Assembly (NCBI GenBank): GCA_001768515.1 | Contig: MEOA01000010.1 | Location: forward strand, 140,490 to 204,489 | Direction of reading: 5' to 3' | Origin: Bacteroidetes bacterium GWE2_42_24 | GTDB taxonomy: Bacteria > Bacteroidota > Bacteroidia > Bacteroidales > TTA-H9 | DNA: 64,000 nt | Part shown: positions 29,932 to 39,729 of the stretch, one piece after another | Layout: every line of letters starts with the position of its first letter | How positions within the stretch are numbered: position 1 is the stretch's first letter | The notes under the pieces: generated by a model | What the model was told of the DNA's origin: nothing | Database searches by the model: none | The model's input: the letters and a program-made list of their open reading frames with translations, nothing else | Program-made: the position numbers and the translations under genes

Positions 29932-30246
29932 TCAAGTCATTTTTGCCATAGTTTTTTTCAGGACGACCTGATGTCCTTCAGACTTACAATGCGGGCATTC
30001 TCCTAGAGGTTCTGTAAAGCTGAAATCACACCGCGAACATTTATACCGCGGCTCGTACCATGAATGGACGCTGCTACGATTCAGATAGATAGCCCCGGCA
30101 AAAGGGGTGAGAAAAACCGACAAAAGAATTGCCCTGACCCAGCTAAGCTGCTTGCGGACTGCCAGAATAGCAATAATTATTGAGGTAAAAAAATAGGCAA
30201 CTATTAATAGTATTAGATCCATGAACTCTCTGGTTAGGTAACCCAT
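29932..30246 (-). CDS. Small membrane protein with C-terminal CxxC...CxxC zinc-ribbon
   Basis: Two TM helices followed by CSRCDFSFTEPLGECPHCK. A TAtcTTTG box at 30262-30269 is only 16 nt from this ATG, so Met9 (30222) is an alternative start. Confidence 0.5.
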   Translation of the reverse strand: MGYLTREFMDLILLIVAYFFTSIIIAILAVRKQLSWVRAILLSVFLTPFAGAIYLNRSSVHSWYEPRYKCSRCDFSFTEPLGECPHCKSEGHQVVLKKTMAKMT

Positions 30247-30347
30247 GATTAATTAGGACAGCAAAGATAGGCTATAAGTTGTATCTCTAAAAATAAATAC
30301 CAGACAGGTTTCCCTGCCTGGTATTAAATCTGTATGATTAAGATAAA

Positions 30348-31952
30348 TTAGCGAATAATTAATTTATGAGTATAAACTTGGGAATCGCCTTCAATCTGCA
30401 TTAAATACATACCACCGTTAAGGCCGCGAACACTCACAACATTGTCACCAGCGGTGATCACAGAGCGAAGCACAACAGATCCGGTAAGGTCATAAACCCT
30501 TACGTCAGCCTGACCGCCACCATTATATACAACATGAACATTGCTGGTTGTCGGTGAAGGATAGACTTTGCTTGTCAATACACTGGCTTCAGAAATACCG
30601 GTTCCCATCTTACCGAGCACCTGAATCTCGTCAACTTCCCAGGTAGCCGATTCAGTGGCAGACGAAGTAAATTTGAAAGCAAGGTATATGTTCTCTCCAT
30701 AGGTAGAGATATCAATGTAACCCGATGAAGTCCAAGCCCAGCTTCCTGCCGATAAAGTAGCCGAAAGCGCACTCCATGTAGCAAGATTAGGATCACCTGT
30801 ACCAGCATAATCATCTGAGACAAAAACCTCGAGTGCATTCCCCGTATAGTTCTTGGCCGATTGAAAAATGAATGATTCCAGTGTATAGTTTGAAAGGTCG
30901 AGTGCAGGAGAAATCAGCCAGTCCTCATTTTCAAAAGGAGTTACTTCATAGCCCGTCATCTTGGCACAAGGTCCGTCATTTACACCATAAATATCGCTAT
31001 AGGTCCAAACCTGAGTTCCAAGTACGCTGTATTGTGTCCACGGTGCAAGGCTTCCTCCATCGAATGACTGTGAATGAATCACTTCAATGTTAGGAGTCGT
31101 AATGCTGGCAGCAGGAGCGGTACCATCGGTTTTAAAATTGACATCGCTACCACCGTTCGTATAAGGGTAAATTGCAAAATAATAAACCTGATTGTTGCTC
31201 AAACCTGTAAAAGTATACCCCTGTAATCCCTGAGTAACGTTCTTTGCGCCCTTACCATCACTGAGATCCAAATCATCGGCAACAGCAGTTCCATCGACAG
31301 GAGCCTGAATGTTGTTTTGGGTGCTTACCAGAATCAGGTATTTCTGCGGTGCCTGTACACCAGCAGCATCAACCCAGGTAAGAGCAGCCTGACCAATTCC
31401 GGCAACAGCAACAAAACTCGCAGGATATTCGGAAGGTTCTGGCAACAGACCACCACCATTAGCCGTCCAGGTAATATTATCAATTGTAACCTGACCGGCG
31501 GTAGCGCTGCTCTGAACAAGCTTGATAATGCAAGCCCCTGAAGTATTTACTGCAATGGTACCACTGTTGAGTACAAGGTTCTGCTGAGCTTCAGAGGTAA
31601 CTGTGGCCACCAGTATATCATTGACGAATACATCAAGACTTACATTCGTTGTGTATGGCTGCATATAATCAAAACTCAGTGTACCGATTCCACCCTGTAG
31701 CTCACCTGATTCAACAGCAGCAGCAGGTGTTTTGCCCTTCCCTAAAACAGGTGAAGGAACTGTAATAGGAACCTGAGTGTTGCCACTACAGTTGGTGTAG
31801 GTCCAGGTAGACCCATCATTACCCACAAAGGTACCTGAAACATAAGAAGAACTGGTTTCAGGAAAGTTGGTAAAATCCTCCAAACCCTGAGCCATCACAT
31901 GACCAAGTCCCAGAAGAGTCAGACTCAATAAAAAAGTAAAGATTTTTTTCAT
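30348..31952 (-). CDS. T9SS-sorted secreted protein (Fn3-like and choice-of-anchor-J-like segments)
   Basis: Signal peptide, an EDWLISPALDLS segment and a C-terminal VYPSPTT... sorting tail. A TAtcTTTG box lies at 32015-32022. Confidence 0.65.
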   Translation of the reverse strand: MKKIFTFLLSLTLLGLGHVMAQGLEDFTNFPETSSSYVSGTFVGNDGSTWTYTNCSGNTQVPITVPSPVLGKGKTPAAAVESGELQGGIGTLSFDYMQPYTTNVSLDVFVNDILVATVTSEAQQNLVLNSGTIAVNTSGACIIKLVQSSATAGQVTIDNITWTANGGGLLPEPSEYPASFVAVAGIGQAALTWVDAAGVQAPQKYLILVSTQNNIQAPVDGTAVADDLDLSDGKGAKNVTQGLQGYTFTGLSNNQVYYFAIYPYTNGGSDVNFKTDGTAPAASITTPNIEVIHSQSFDGGSLAPWTQYSVLGTQVWTYSDIYGVNDGPCAKMTGYEVTPFENEDWLISPALDLSNYTLESFIFQSAKNYTGNALEVFVSDDYAGTGDPNLATWSALSATLSAGSWAWTSSGYIDISTYGENIYLAFKFTSSATESATWEVDEIQVLGKMGTGISEASVLTSKVYPSPTTSNVHVVYNGGGQADVRVYDLTGSVVLRSVITAGDNVVSVRGLNGGMYLMQIEGDSQVYTHKLIIR

Positions 31953-32214
31953 AAAATTTTATATTAAAGTAACTTATATATTCCATTCAATAATCATTGC
32001 AAATGAATCCTATGCAAAGATACTAAAAACATACCCCTTCTTTGAAACTACCGAAATAATTTACTAATATTTCACATTGGTGTAGAAAAAATGCTAATCA
32101 ACAGAACATGAATCCTCATTATAAATTTCAACTATCTACATTTTGAATTATCCCTATTGTTTAAAGACGGGAGCCAAACCTGTGAATGTATAAATTGTCA
32201 ACAGGAGAAAAAAA

Positions 32215-32238
32215 AGAGCGAACCCGAAAGCTCGCTCT
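32215..32238 (-). terminator. Intrinsic terminator after the 32262-34505 gene
   Basis: agagcga (32215-32221) pairs with tcgctct (32232-32238). The A-run at 32207-32214 on the plus strand is a T-run on the minus strand. Confidence 0.65.
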
Positions 32239-32261
32239 CAAATTATGTCAATAAGTAATAA

Positions 32262-34505
32262 TTACCTTACAACTAAACGCTGAGTATGCTTTGATCCGTC
32301 AGCATATTCAACCTCGAGCAAATACATTCCTTTTTCGAATCGACTCATATTGAGCTTAAAGGAATCATTATCTGTGGTGATGACTGTTAAAACATCTCCA
32401 AGCAGAGTGTACACCCTAAGTGTAGCATCTGATTTAAGGTCAACATTGAATACTCCGTTAGAAGGATTGGGGTAAACATTAAAACCACGGCTTTCGCGAC
32501 CATCAATACCCACCAGCACGTCAATATAATCAGACTTAAGTTCTGTTGAGTTTCCCCATTCGTTGGTTACGACAAGTGTTACGTCAAACACACCCGCTGA
32601 GTTGTAAGTAATAACCGGGGGCACAGCAGTATTCCAGGTTGATGGCGTTCCTCCTTCAAAGGTCCAAAGGTAGGTTGAAGGATTACCTGTTGAGAGATCA
32701 GTAAATTGTACTGAGGAACCCTGAGTGATGGTAGTAGGTGTTCCTTCAAAATCTGCAACAGGGGGATCGCCTGCCTGTGGACAACCGGTGCCGGGATTTC
32801 CCCATATACTGTCGCCTCCAGCATTGATAGCAATAAGAGTTGTGTCATGACCCCAGTTTTCTCCAAGAGAGTTATCCAGATCAGGATCACAAAGAACAAG
32901 TGAATAACCAAAGCCATCGGCCAGGGTATCCCATGGCATCACATCGTCGTAGAAGAGTGAATCCACCAGAACGCCAAAATTATCCTTCAGTGCTATGGCC
33001 TCACCACTGTTGCTGAGAGCACCACTGGTCCACTGGTATGCAGTCTTACCAAAAGTGTTCTGCATAGCCTGAGCATTCACAGCAATCAGAAGGTATTCTC
33101 CACTGTTAATTGTTACAGCCGGGAATGTGAATTCAACTCCCGAACTCATATAGAAATTTTCCATATTAACAGCCGTCGCACCGTTGTTGTATAGCTCGAT
33201 ATACTCCAGACTGTCGGTTCCTGATTCTGGGGGATTGTACATAATTTCAGTAATAACAATCTGTGCATCAACCGGTTCAACAACATTAATATAGGCTTCC
33301 TTACAGTCCGTGTCACTTCCGTAGGCATTGGTTGCAGTAAGACAAACGGTGTATAAACCTGCAAAGTTATACTGAATGTTCTGAGGATTCTGCTCAGTTG
33401 ATGTCATCGGGTTTGCACCATTGAACGACCAGTTCCAGCTTGTAGGCACGTTGGTTGAAAGGTCAGTAAAATCAACAGACTGACCAACTACTATTTCGAG
33501 ATTCGAAGCCTCAAAGTCAACCACTGGGGCGAACGGAGGGACGGTTGTTGTGAAGGTAACATCCAGTCCATAACCTGTTCCTTGTGCATTTGTTGCATAA
33601 GCGCGAACATAATATTGTGTGTTGTATTCGAGGTTGGTCATCTGACTGGTAAAAGTGCCGGTAGTACCTGCTTCAGTTGTATGGGCACCGGTAATCGTCG
33701 GGCTGGGTGAAGTACCCCAGCATACACCTCTGCCTGTAATTGCAGCACCCCCATTACTCGTAACGTTACCACCGCCTGTTGCACTGTTATAGGTAATGTT
33801 AGTTACTGCACTTGTTGTTACCTCCGGAAGACCCGGGCCTGCAGGTGTTCCGCTTACTGTTACATTATCAAACCGCCAGGTGCCGGAGACACCATAGGTA
33901 CCTGTTGTCTTGGCGGGTCCATAATTTGCTCCGTCAAAAAACTCACTAACAATACGAAAAGCAAAAGATGCATTGTTGTTAGCACCAGTGATAGAACCCA
34001 GATTTGCCGATCGGTTAAACCACTTATCGCCGTCATCAGCAATATAACGACCGTTATCAAATCCGGCAGTTACTGTAGTAGTTGTATTGATGTTTGTTGC
34101 ATTAGCATCTGAAGCAACAAAATCAATCCAGGTTGTCCCATTAAGTGTATACTGGAGTCGGATCCTGTTTGCCGAGGTATTGCTATGTCGCTGGTCCCAT
34201 GAAATAATGACCTGATTCCAGCCAACAGTTGAAACATTAAATTGGGTTCCGGCAGTTCCTGCAGCTGTCCCTTGAGCAGGATATGTCGATGTATTCCAGC
34301 CCCTTCCAGTTGAGGGTAATCCTCCGGCCCAAGTGGATGTAGTACCGCCAATTAAAGCAGCAGTTCCTGTTCCTGTTGTTGGAGTGAGATTTTCAAGGTC
34401 GAAATCCCATAAGGTAATAACCTGAGCGGGTAGATTAGCGACTGAAAAGCCGAAAGCTGTAATCGCCACCACCAGCATTTTGATGAATAAGTAGCTTTTT
34501 TTCAT
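32262..34505 (-). CDS. T9SS-sorted secreted protein with Fn3-like, two PKD-like and lamin-tail-like (LTD) domains
   Basis: ATG 34505 gives MKKSYLFIKMLVV (the ORF-track start is a TTG). Motifs: GVCWGTSPSPTI...YYVRAYATN; two VDFxxLS...W.F repeats; IVITEIMYNPPESGTDSLEYIELYNNG; tail VYPNPSNGVFNV. Confidence 0.7.
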   Translation of the reverse strand: MKKSYLFIKMLVVAITAFGFSVANLPAQVITLWDFDLENLTPTTGTGTAALIGGTTSTWAGGLPSTGRGWNTSTYPAQGTAAGTAGTQFNVSTVGWNQVIISWDQRHSNTSANRIRLQYTLNGTTWIDFVASDANATNINTTTTVTAGFDNGRYIADDGDKWFNRSANLGSITGANNNASFAFRIVSEFFDGANYGPAKTTGTYGVSGTWRFDNVTVSGTPAGPGLPEVTTSAVTNITYNSATGGGNVTSNGGAAITGRGVCWGTSPSPTITGAHTTEAGTTGTFTSQMTNLEYNTQYYVRAYATNAQGTGYGLDVTFTTTVPPFAPVVDFEASNLEIVVGQSVDFTDLSTNVPTSWNWSFNGANPMTSTEQNPQNIQYNFAGLYTVCLTATNAYGSDTDCKEAYINVVEPVDAQIVITEIMYNPPESGTDSLEYIELYNNGATAVNMENFYMSSGVEFTFPAVTINSGEYLLIAVNAQAMQNTFGKTAYQWTSGALSNSGEAIALKDNFGVLVDSLFYDDVMPWDTLADGFGYSLVLCDPDLDNSLGENWGHDTTLIAINAGGDSIWGNPGTGCPQAGDPPVADFEGTPTTITQGSSVQFTDLSTGNPSTYLWTFEGGTPSTWNTAVPPVITYNSAGVFDVTLVVTNEWGNSTELKSDYIDVLVGIDGRESRGFNVYPNPSNGVFNVDLKSDATLRVYTLLGDVLTVITTDNDSFKLNMSRFEKGMYLLEVEYADGSKHTQRLVVR

Positions 34506-34593
34506 ACACGTAAGCAATTAGATGAATAAATTTTTGATTTTCCAGACATCATTAACATTCTCGCTGAAAATCGCCTGATTAACGAAGCACCAG

Positions 34594-34601
34594 CAAAGAT
34601 A
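34594..34601 (-). promoter_or_regulatory. -7 box TAtcTTTG for the 32262-34505 gene
   Basis: The plus strand reads caaagata, 89 nt upstream of ATG 34505. Confidence 0.4.
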
Positions 34602-34816
34602 ACAAGCCTGTCTTGAAAGAATAGATGGCCAAGATTAAATATTGATTAATTCTTTAGATATCCCCCAAAACACCTTTACGACAAGAGATTGGCAACCCAC
34701 ACCCTTCACCGGAAAGGGCAATAAAGATACAACTATTTTCTTTACCTGAATTATGCTCACTCATAATTATAGATAAACCATCTCTTTAACCTTTCATTGA
34801 TCTCTTCCTGAAGTTA

Positions 34817-36079
34817 TCACAGCCCAAGCAACTCTATTTCGGCATCACCACCTTCGAAAATCAGATGAACTGGATTTTCAAGCAATTGTTTAACCTTTAC
34901 CAGAAAACTAACCGATTCCCGCCCGTCAATAACCCTGTGGTCATACGAAAGCGCAACATACATCATCGGGTGTATCTCTACCTTGCCCTTCACTGCGATA
35001 GGGCGTTCTACGATGTTGTGCATTCCAAGAATGGCACTCTGCGGCGGATTGATTATGGGTGTACTCAACAACGAACCAAATACACCGCCATTTGTGATGG
35101 TAAATGTACCACCACTCATCTCATCAAGAGTCAGCTTTTTGTCGCGAGCTCTTGATGCAAGGTACTTAATCTTATGTTCAATGTCGGCTAATGCCAGAGT
35201 CTCTGCATCACGCACCACGGGAACCATCAGACCTTTGGGTGTACTGACAGCTATGCCAATATCGCTGTAATGGTGTAATACAATCTCATCGCCATCGATG
35301 GAAGCGTTTACCTGAGGGAAGCTCTTTAGTGCCACAGCACATGCACGGGTAAAGAAAGACATGAACCCAAGCCCGACACCATGCTTTTTCTGAAAAGCAT
35401 CTTTATATTTCGCCCTGAGTTCCATGACTGGTGTCATGTTGATCTCATTGAATGTGGTCAGCATGGCGGTTTGATTTTTCACCGCAACAAGCCGCTCAGC
35501 AAGCTTACGCCTCAAAGGACTCATGGGTTGCCGTTCATCCGACCTGAAAGCAATGTCTTTTGCTGCCGGCTGAACTGCCGGTTGTTTGGTATCAGGCATT
35601 TCTGTTTTGTGCTGCAAATAAAATTCCACATCTTCACGCGAAAAGTGATAATGGGTATAGAAATCTCTAAGTGACGATTCATTTACGTTATGCAACTCCA
35701 TCAACTTTCTTGCAACCGGTGTGGCAGCAACTTTTACAGTTTTTCTAACAGGCTCCTTCACTTCTGCCATAGCAGCAGGGGTAAGTGATGGAGTGACAAC
35801 AAGGTTGGGCTGCGACTCATGAGCAGACTCTTCGACAGGTTTGGCTTTCGTATCGAGAGTGGCAATCACGGCACCTACAGCGGCCATGTCGCCGGCCGGA
35901 ATTACCTGACTTACTATCCCGCTCTCGGGAGCGCTGATCGACAGGGTGGCTTTATCGCTGTCTATCTCAGCAATTTCCTGATCTTTTTCGACCATCTCAC
36001 CGTTGGCCACCAGCCATGTGGCTACCTGAACCTGTGAAATTGATTCGCCCGGACTGGGAATTTTTATCTCTATTCTCAT
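34817..36079 (-). CDS. sucB: 2-oxoglutarate dehydrogenase E2 (dihydrolipoyllysine-residue succinyltransferase)
   Basis: Lipoyl domain ([11 protein letters not shown]), subunit-binding segment ([13 protein letters not shown]) and catalytic motif [11 protein letters not shown]. Lies 12 nt after sucA. Confidence 0.9.
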   Translation of the reverse strand: MRIEIKIPSPGESISQVQVATWLVANGEMVEKDQEIAEIDSDKATLSISAPESGIVSQVIPAGDMAAVGAVIATLDTKAKPVEESAHESQPNLVVTPSLTPAAMAEVKEPVRKTVKVAATPVARKLMELHNVNESSLRDFYTHYHFSREDVEFYLQHKTEMPDTKQPAVQPAAKDIAFRSDERQPMSPLRRKLAERLVAVKNQTAMLTTFNEINMTPVMELRAKYKDAFQKKHGVGLGFMSFFTRACAVALKSFPQVNASIDGDEIVLHHYSDIGIAVSTPKGLMVPVVRDAETLALADIEHKIKYLASRARDKKLTLDEMSGGTFTITNGGVFGSLLSTPIINPPQSAILGMHNIVERPIAVKGKVEIHPMMYVALSYDHRVIDGRESVSFLVKVKQLLENPVHLIFEGGDAEIELLGL

Positions 36080-36091
36080 GATTCTGATCTT

Positions 36092-38896
36092 TTACTTCTG
36101 TTTTTCAATTTCAAGAGTTTTTTCAATGCTCTTCCACTGGTTACCAATGCAAACCATCCTGCACTCAATATCGAGTCTGGGACATTGACATTGATGGAAA
36201 GCTTTATCAACGATTTTCTTTTGCTGAACAAAGTGAAATTTGCTTGAGCCTGTTGCAGGACTACCGGAAGCTGGACGGGAAATTAGCTTAAGATCAATTT
36301 CCTGAAGATTAAGCCGAAGGAATGACCATGCACCCATATTGGCAGGCTCTTCCTGAACCCATAACCAACGAACATCACTGTTGTACCTGTTTTTTATACT
36401 GAGCAGTTGCTCTTTCGGCAATGGATGAATCTGCTCAAGACGAACCAACGCAATATCCTCCCGTCCCGACCTCCTCTTCTCGGCCAACAGGTCGTAGTAG
36501 ACTTTTCCGCTACACATCACAACCCGTGTTACTTTCGACACCTCAATTGTATCATCATCGATCACCTCACGGAAACCGCCGAAAGTAAAGTCATCAGGAG
36601 CTGACACACAATCCGGATGTCTGAGCAGGCTCTTGGGGGTGAAAACCACCAGAGGCTTACGAAAATCACGGTGCAACTGTCTTCTCAGCAGATGGAAAAA
36701 ATTGGCGGGTGTCGTGCAATTGGCTACCTGAAAATTGAATTCGGCACATAGTGTAAGATACCTCTCAAGTCTTGCACTCGAATGCTCCGGCCCTTGTCCT
36801 TCATACCCGTGAGGCAAAAGCATTACTAAGCCATTCATCACATTCCACTTGTCTTCTGCACTGCTGATAAACTGGTCAAGTATTATCTGGGCCCCGTTTG
36901 AAAAATCCCCAAACTGGGCCTCCCAGATGGTTAAAGTATCAGGTTGAGCAAGGGCATATCCGTATTCAAAACCAAGTACCCCATATTCACTGAGGGAAGA
37001 ATTATAAATGTGAACCGCACCCTGACCCTTACTGATTCCGCTCAACACATTGTACTTCTCGTCAGTCTCATCCATGGTAAGGACAGCATGACGATGCGAA
37101 AATGTGCCTCGCTCTACATCCTGACCTGTCAGCCGAATAGGATGTCCTTCGTCGGCAAGGGTTGCATAGGCAAGTAATTCTGCCATTCCCCAATCAATTT
37201 TACCGGTTCTAAAAACCGAATCAGCCCTGTCGGACATTAATTTTTCAATCTTCTTAAAAAATTGCTTGCCCGTGGGTAAAAAAGTTATGGCCTTTGTGAT
37301 CCGCTGCAGTGTATCAAGTGAAACTGCTGTATCAGGCGACCTTGCAAAATCATCTGGTATAGCCCGCCTTATGTCCTTCCAGTCTTCGGCCAGGAAATTA
37401 GTAATCTGAGCCTTATCTGCCTCTCTGGACTTCGAAAGACAAATCTCGAGATGGCTGTTAATGGCCTCTTCACCTTGCGCAAGCAGCTCTTTGGTCAACT
37501 GTTGGGTGCTCATCAGTTCTCTGGCATAGATGTCGCGTGGGTTAGGATGATTTTCAATAATTTTATAGAGTGTAGGTTGTGTGAAACGCGGCTCATCACT
37601 CTCGTTGTGACCATATTTTCGATAGCAAAGCAAATCGACAAAGACATTACGATGCCACCGCTCGCGGAACTCCATCGCGAGTTTCATGGTGTAAACCACT
37701 GCCTCAACATCATCACCATTAACATGAAACACTGGCGATTGTATCACCTTTGCAACGTCGGTGCAATATACAGATGTTCTGGAATCCAAATAATTGGTCG
37801 TAAAACCTACCTGATTATTCACGACAATATGTACCGTTCCCCCGGTTTTAAAACCAGCTAATTCCGACATCTGTACAACCTCATATACAATGCCCTGACC
37901 TGCAATGGCAGCATCGCCATGAATCAGAATAGGAGTAATGCTTTGTTGATTGCCTCTATACCGGGAATCCAAACGGGCTCTGACAATCCCTTCTACTACA
38001 GGATTAACGGTTTCAAGATGGGATGGATTGGGCGATAAAGTCAACCTCACCTTCTTCCCACCTTTGCTGATTATATCCGTAGTATACCCCAAATGATACT
38101 TTACATCGCCGAGTAACAGTTCATCATCATACTCAAGCCCCTGAAATTCGGTAAAAATATCACGGGTTGATTTACCCAGTATGTTGGCCAAAACATTAAG
38201 CCTTCCGCGGTGCGACATCCCGATCACAAACTCTTCACTCCCAAGTTCAGAGCCAATTTCTATAACCGCATCCAACGCCGGAATCAATGTCTCAGCCCCC
38301 TCCAGTGAAAACCTTTTTTGCCCGGGAAATTTCTTGTGAATAAACTTCTCAAAAAGAACAGCCTCACTCAACTTATTTAGTATCCGATGCTTCTGCTCAA
38401 CCGTGAAAACTGGCATATTTCTTGAACTCTCCATTCGTTCACGCAGCCATTCAACCATTTCCGGGTTGCGGATATGAAAAAATTCTACACCTACCGAACG
38501 ACAGTATGTCGTCTTCAAATGATCTATGATGGCTGATAACCGTACTACCCCCAGACCGATCGTCTTCCCGGCCTCAAACGTCTTATCCAGATCAGCTTCC
38601 GTCAGACCAAAATTATCAATGTCGAGGGTGGGAGAATATTTCCGGCGTGTACGAACAGGATTTGTCAGGGTGAACAAATGTCCACGTTGACGATAAGCGG
38701 TTATCAGGTTTATAACATTAAATTCTTTCGGCATCAATACGGCCTCTTCGTCACTGTAATTCGAGCGGGCTAAATTGAATCCATCGAAAAAATTCCGCCA
38801 ACCGGGCTCAACCTCTTCGGGCGACTCTAACCAGGTTCGGTAAAGCGATTCGATGATCTCAGGATCATTGGCGCTTAAAAACGATAGCTTATCCAT
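36092..38896 (-). CDS. sucA: 2-oxoglutarate dehydrogenase E1 component
   Basis: 934 aa with motifs MSHRGRLNVLANI, HGDAAIAGQGIVYE and YGHNESDEPRFTQP. Confidence 0.9.
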   Translation of the reverse strand: MDKLSFLSANDPEIIESLYRTWLESPEEVEPGWRNFFDGFNLARSNYSDEEAVLMPKEFNVINLITAYRQRGHLFTLTNPVRTRRKYSPTLDIDNFGLTEADLDKTFEAGKTIGLGVVRLSAIIDHLKTTYCRSVGVEFFHIRNPEMVEWLRERMESSRNMPVFTVEQKHRILNKLSEAVLFEKFIHKKFPGQKRFSLEGAETLIPALDAVIEIGSELGSEEFVIGMSHRGRLNVLANILGKSTRDIFTEFQGLEYDDELLLGDVKYHLGYTTDIISKGGKKVRLTLSPNPSHLETVNPVVEGIVRARLDSRYRGNQQSITPILIHGDAAIAGQGIVYEVVQMSELAGFKTGGTVHIVVNNQVGFTTNYLDSRTSVYCTDVAKVIQSPVFHVNGDDVEAVVYTMKLAMEFRERWHRNVFVDLLCYRKYGHNESDEPRFTQPTLYKIIENHPNPRDIYARELMSTQQLTKELLAQGEEAINSHLEICLSKSREADKAQITNFLAEDWKDIRRAIPDDFARSPDTAVSLDTLQRITKAITFLPTGKQFFKKIEKLMSDRADSVFRTGKIDWGMAELLAYATLADEGHPIRLTGQDVERGTFSHRHAVLTMDETDEKYNVLSGISKGQGAVHIYNSSLSEYGVLGFEYGYALAQPDTLTIWEAQFGDFSNGAQIILDQFISSAEDKWNVMNGLVMLLPHGYEGQGPEHSSARLERYLTLCAEFNFQVANCTTPANFFHLLRRQLHRDFRKPLVVFTPKSLLRHPDCVSAPDDFTFGGFREVIDDDTIEVSKVTRVVMCSGKVYYDLLAEKRRSGREDIALVRLEQIHPLPKEQLLSIKNRYNSDVRWLWVQEEPANMGAWSFLRLNLQEIDLKLISRPASGSPATGSSKFHFVQQKKIVDKAFHQCQCPRLDIECRMVCIGNQWKSIEKTLEIEKQK

Positions 38897-39293
38897 TGAT
38901 AGGGGATGATGGTGTTTTCATAAAGTTACAGCAACCATGTGAAAAGGTTCACTTTGTTAATGGTAATTTTATCACATAACAGGTAATCATAGGCTCTAAA
39001 TCAACCTTCCATAACGCATTTTGTTCAGCGTTAAAGGCACCATACGATCAAAGCTTAAGGCAAAGCTATTCCTGTAAGTGTAACCAAAGAAAGATTTTCC
39101 AATGCCAATTCTAGTCAAGACCACATTTTTACAAAGGTAAATCACCCACGTTGCCCGATCAGATCAACTATTTTATCTGATGTTTAGAATTTTCATCACA
39201 CCTCACCATATCAGGCAATAATATCCTGTCTGTTAGGTGAAGCTTCCAGCAGAAGCAAAATATCGTAAATAACAAAACAAACCACATTAAAAA

Positions 39294-39321
39294 CGGGGGT
39301 AGTCATTTCTGACTACCCCCG
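39294..39321 (-). terminator. Intrinsic terminator after the ferredoxin gene
   Basis: An 11-bp perfect stem: cgggggtagtc (39294-39304) pairs with gactacccccg (39311-39321). The A-run at 39289-39293 is a T-run on the minus strand. Confidence 0.8.
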
Positions 39322-39349
39322 CTCTTGCAGGTTATTCTAACGCTAAAGA

Positions 39350-39520
39350 TTATTCAGCAGGATGAATGGCCTCAGTCGGACAAACAGCAGCGCATGAGCC
39401 ACAGTCAGTGCAAACATCGGCATCAATTTTATAAATTTCACCTTCGCTGATAGCTTCAACCGGGCATTCGTCAATACAAGTGCCGCAAGCGACGCATTCT
39501 TCACTAATTACATATGCCAT
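39350..39520 (-). CDS. 2x[4Fe-4S] ferredoxin, 56 aa (below the ORF-track length cutoff)
   Basis: Hand translation: MAYVISEECVACGTCIDECPVEAISEGEIYKIDADVCTDCGSCAAVCPTEAIHPAE*. Two CxxCxxCxxxCP motifs. It has its own TAttTTTG box at 39560-39567 and its own terminator. Confidence 0.9.
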   Translation of the reverse strand: MAYVISEECVACGTCIDECPVEAISEGEIYKIDADVCTDCGSCAAVCPTEAIHPAE

Positions 39521-39559
39521 AACAATGATTTATTTAGGTTTACAAGTTTAATGAGGCAA

Positions 39560-39567
39560 CAAAAATA
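39560..39567 (-). promoter_or_regulatory. -7 box TAttTTTG for the ferredoxin gene
   Basis: The plus strand reads caaaaata, 40 nt upstream of ATG 39520. Confidence 0.5.
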
Positions 39568-39694
39568 TGACATTTCAACATTCAAAAACATTAGAAAGAA
39601 AAACTTGCGAAAATTTAAAATCAATCTAAATTAAAAAACTATGGATGAACTCATTTTCATATACAGTGATTGAGATGAGACATAGAAAAAACCA

Positions 39695-39702
39695 TACCTT
39701 TG
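39695..39702 (+). promoter_or_regulatory. -7 box TAccTTTG for korAB
   Basis: Exact match 28 nt upstream of ATG 39730. It overlaps the ORF-track start at 39700. Confidence 0.5.
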
Positions 39703-39729
39703 CCGGTATTATTTTTAATCCATAAAATT

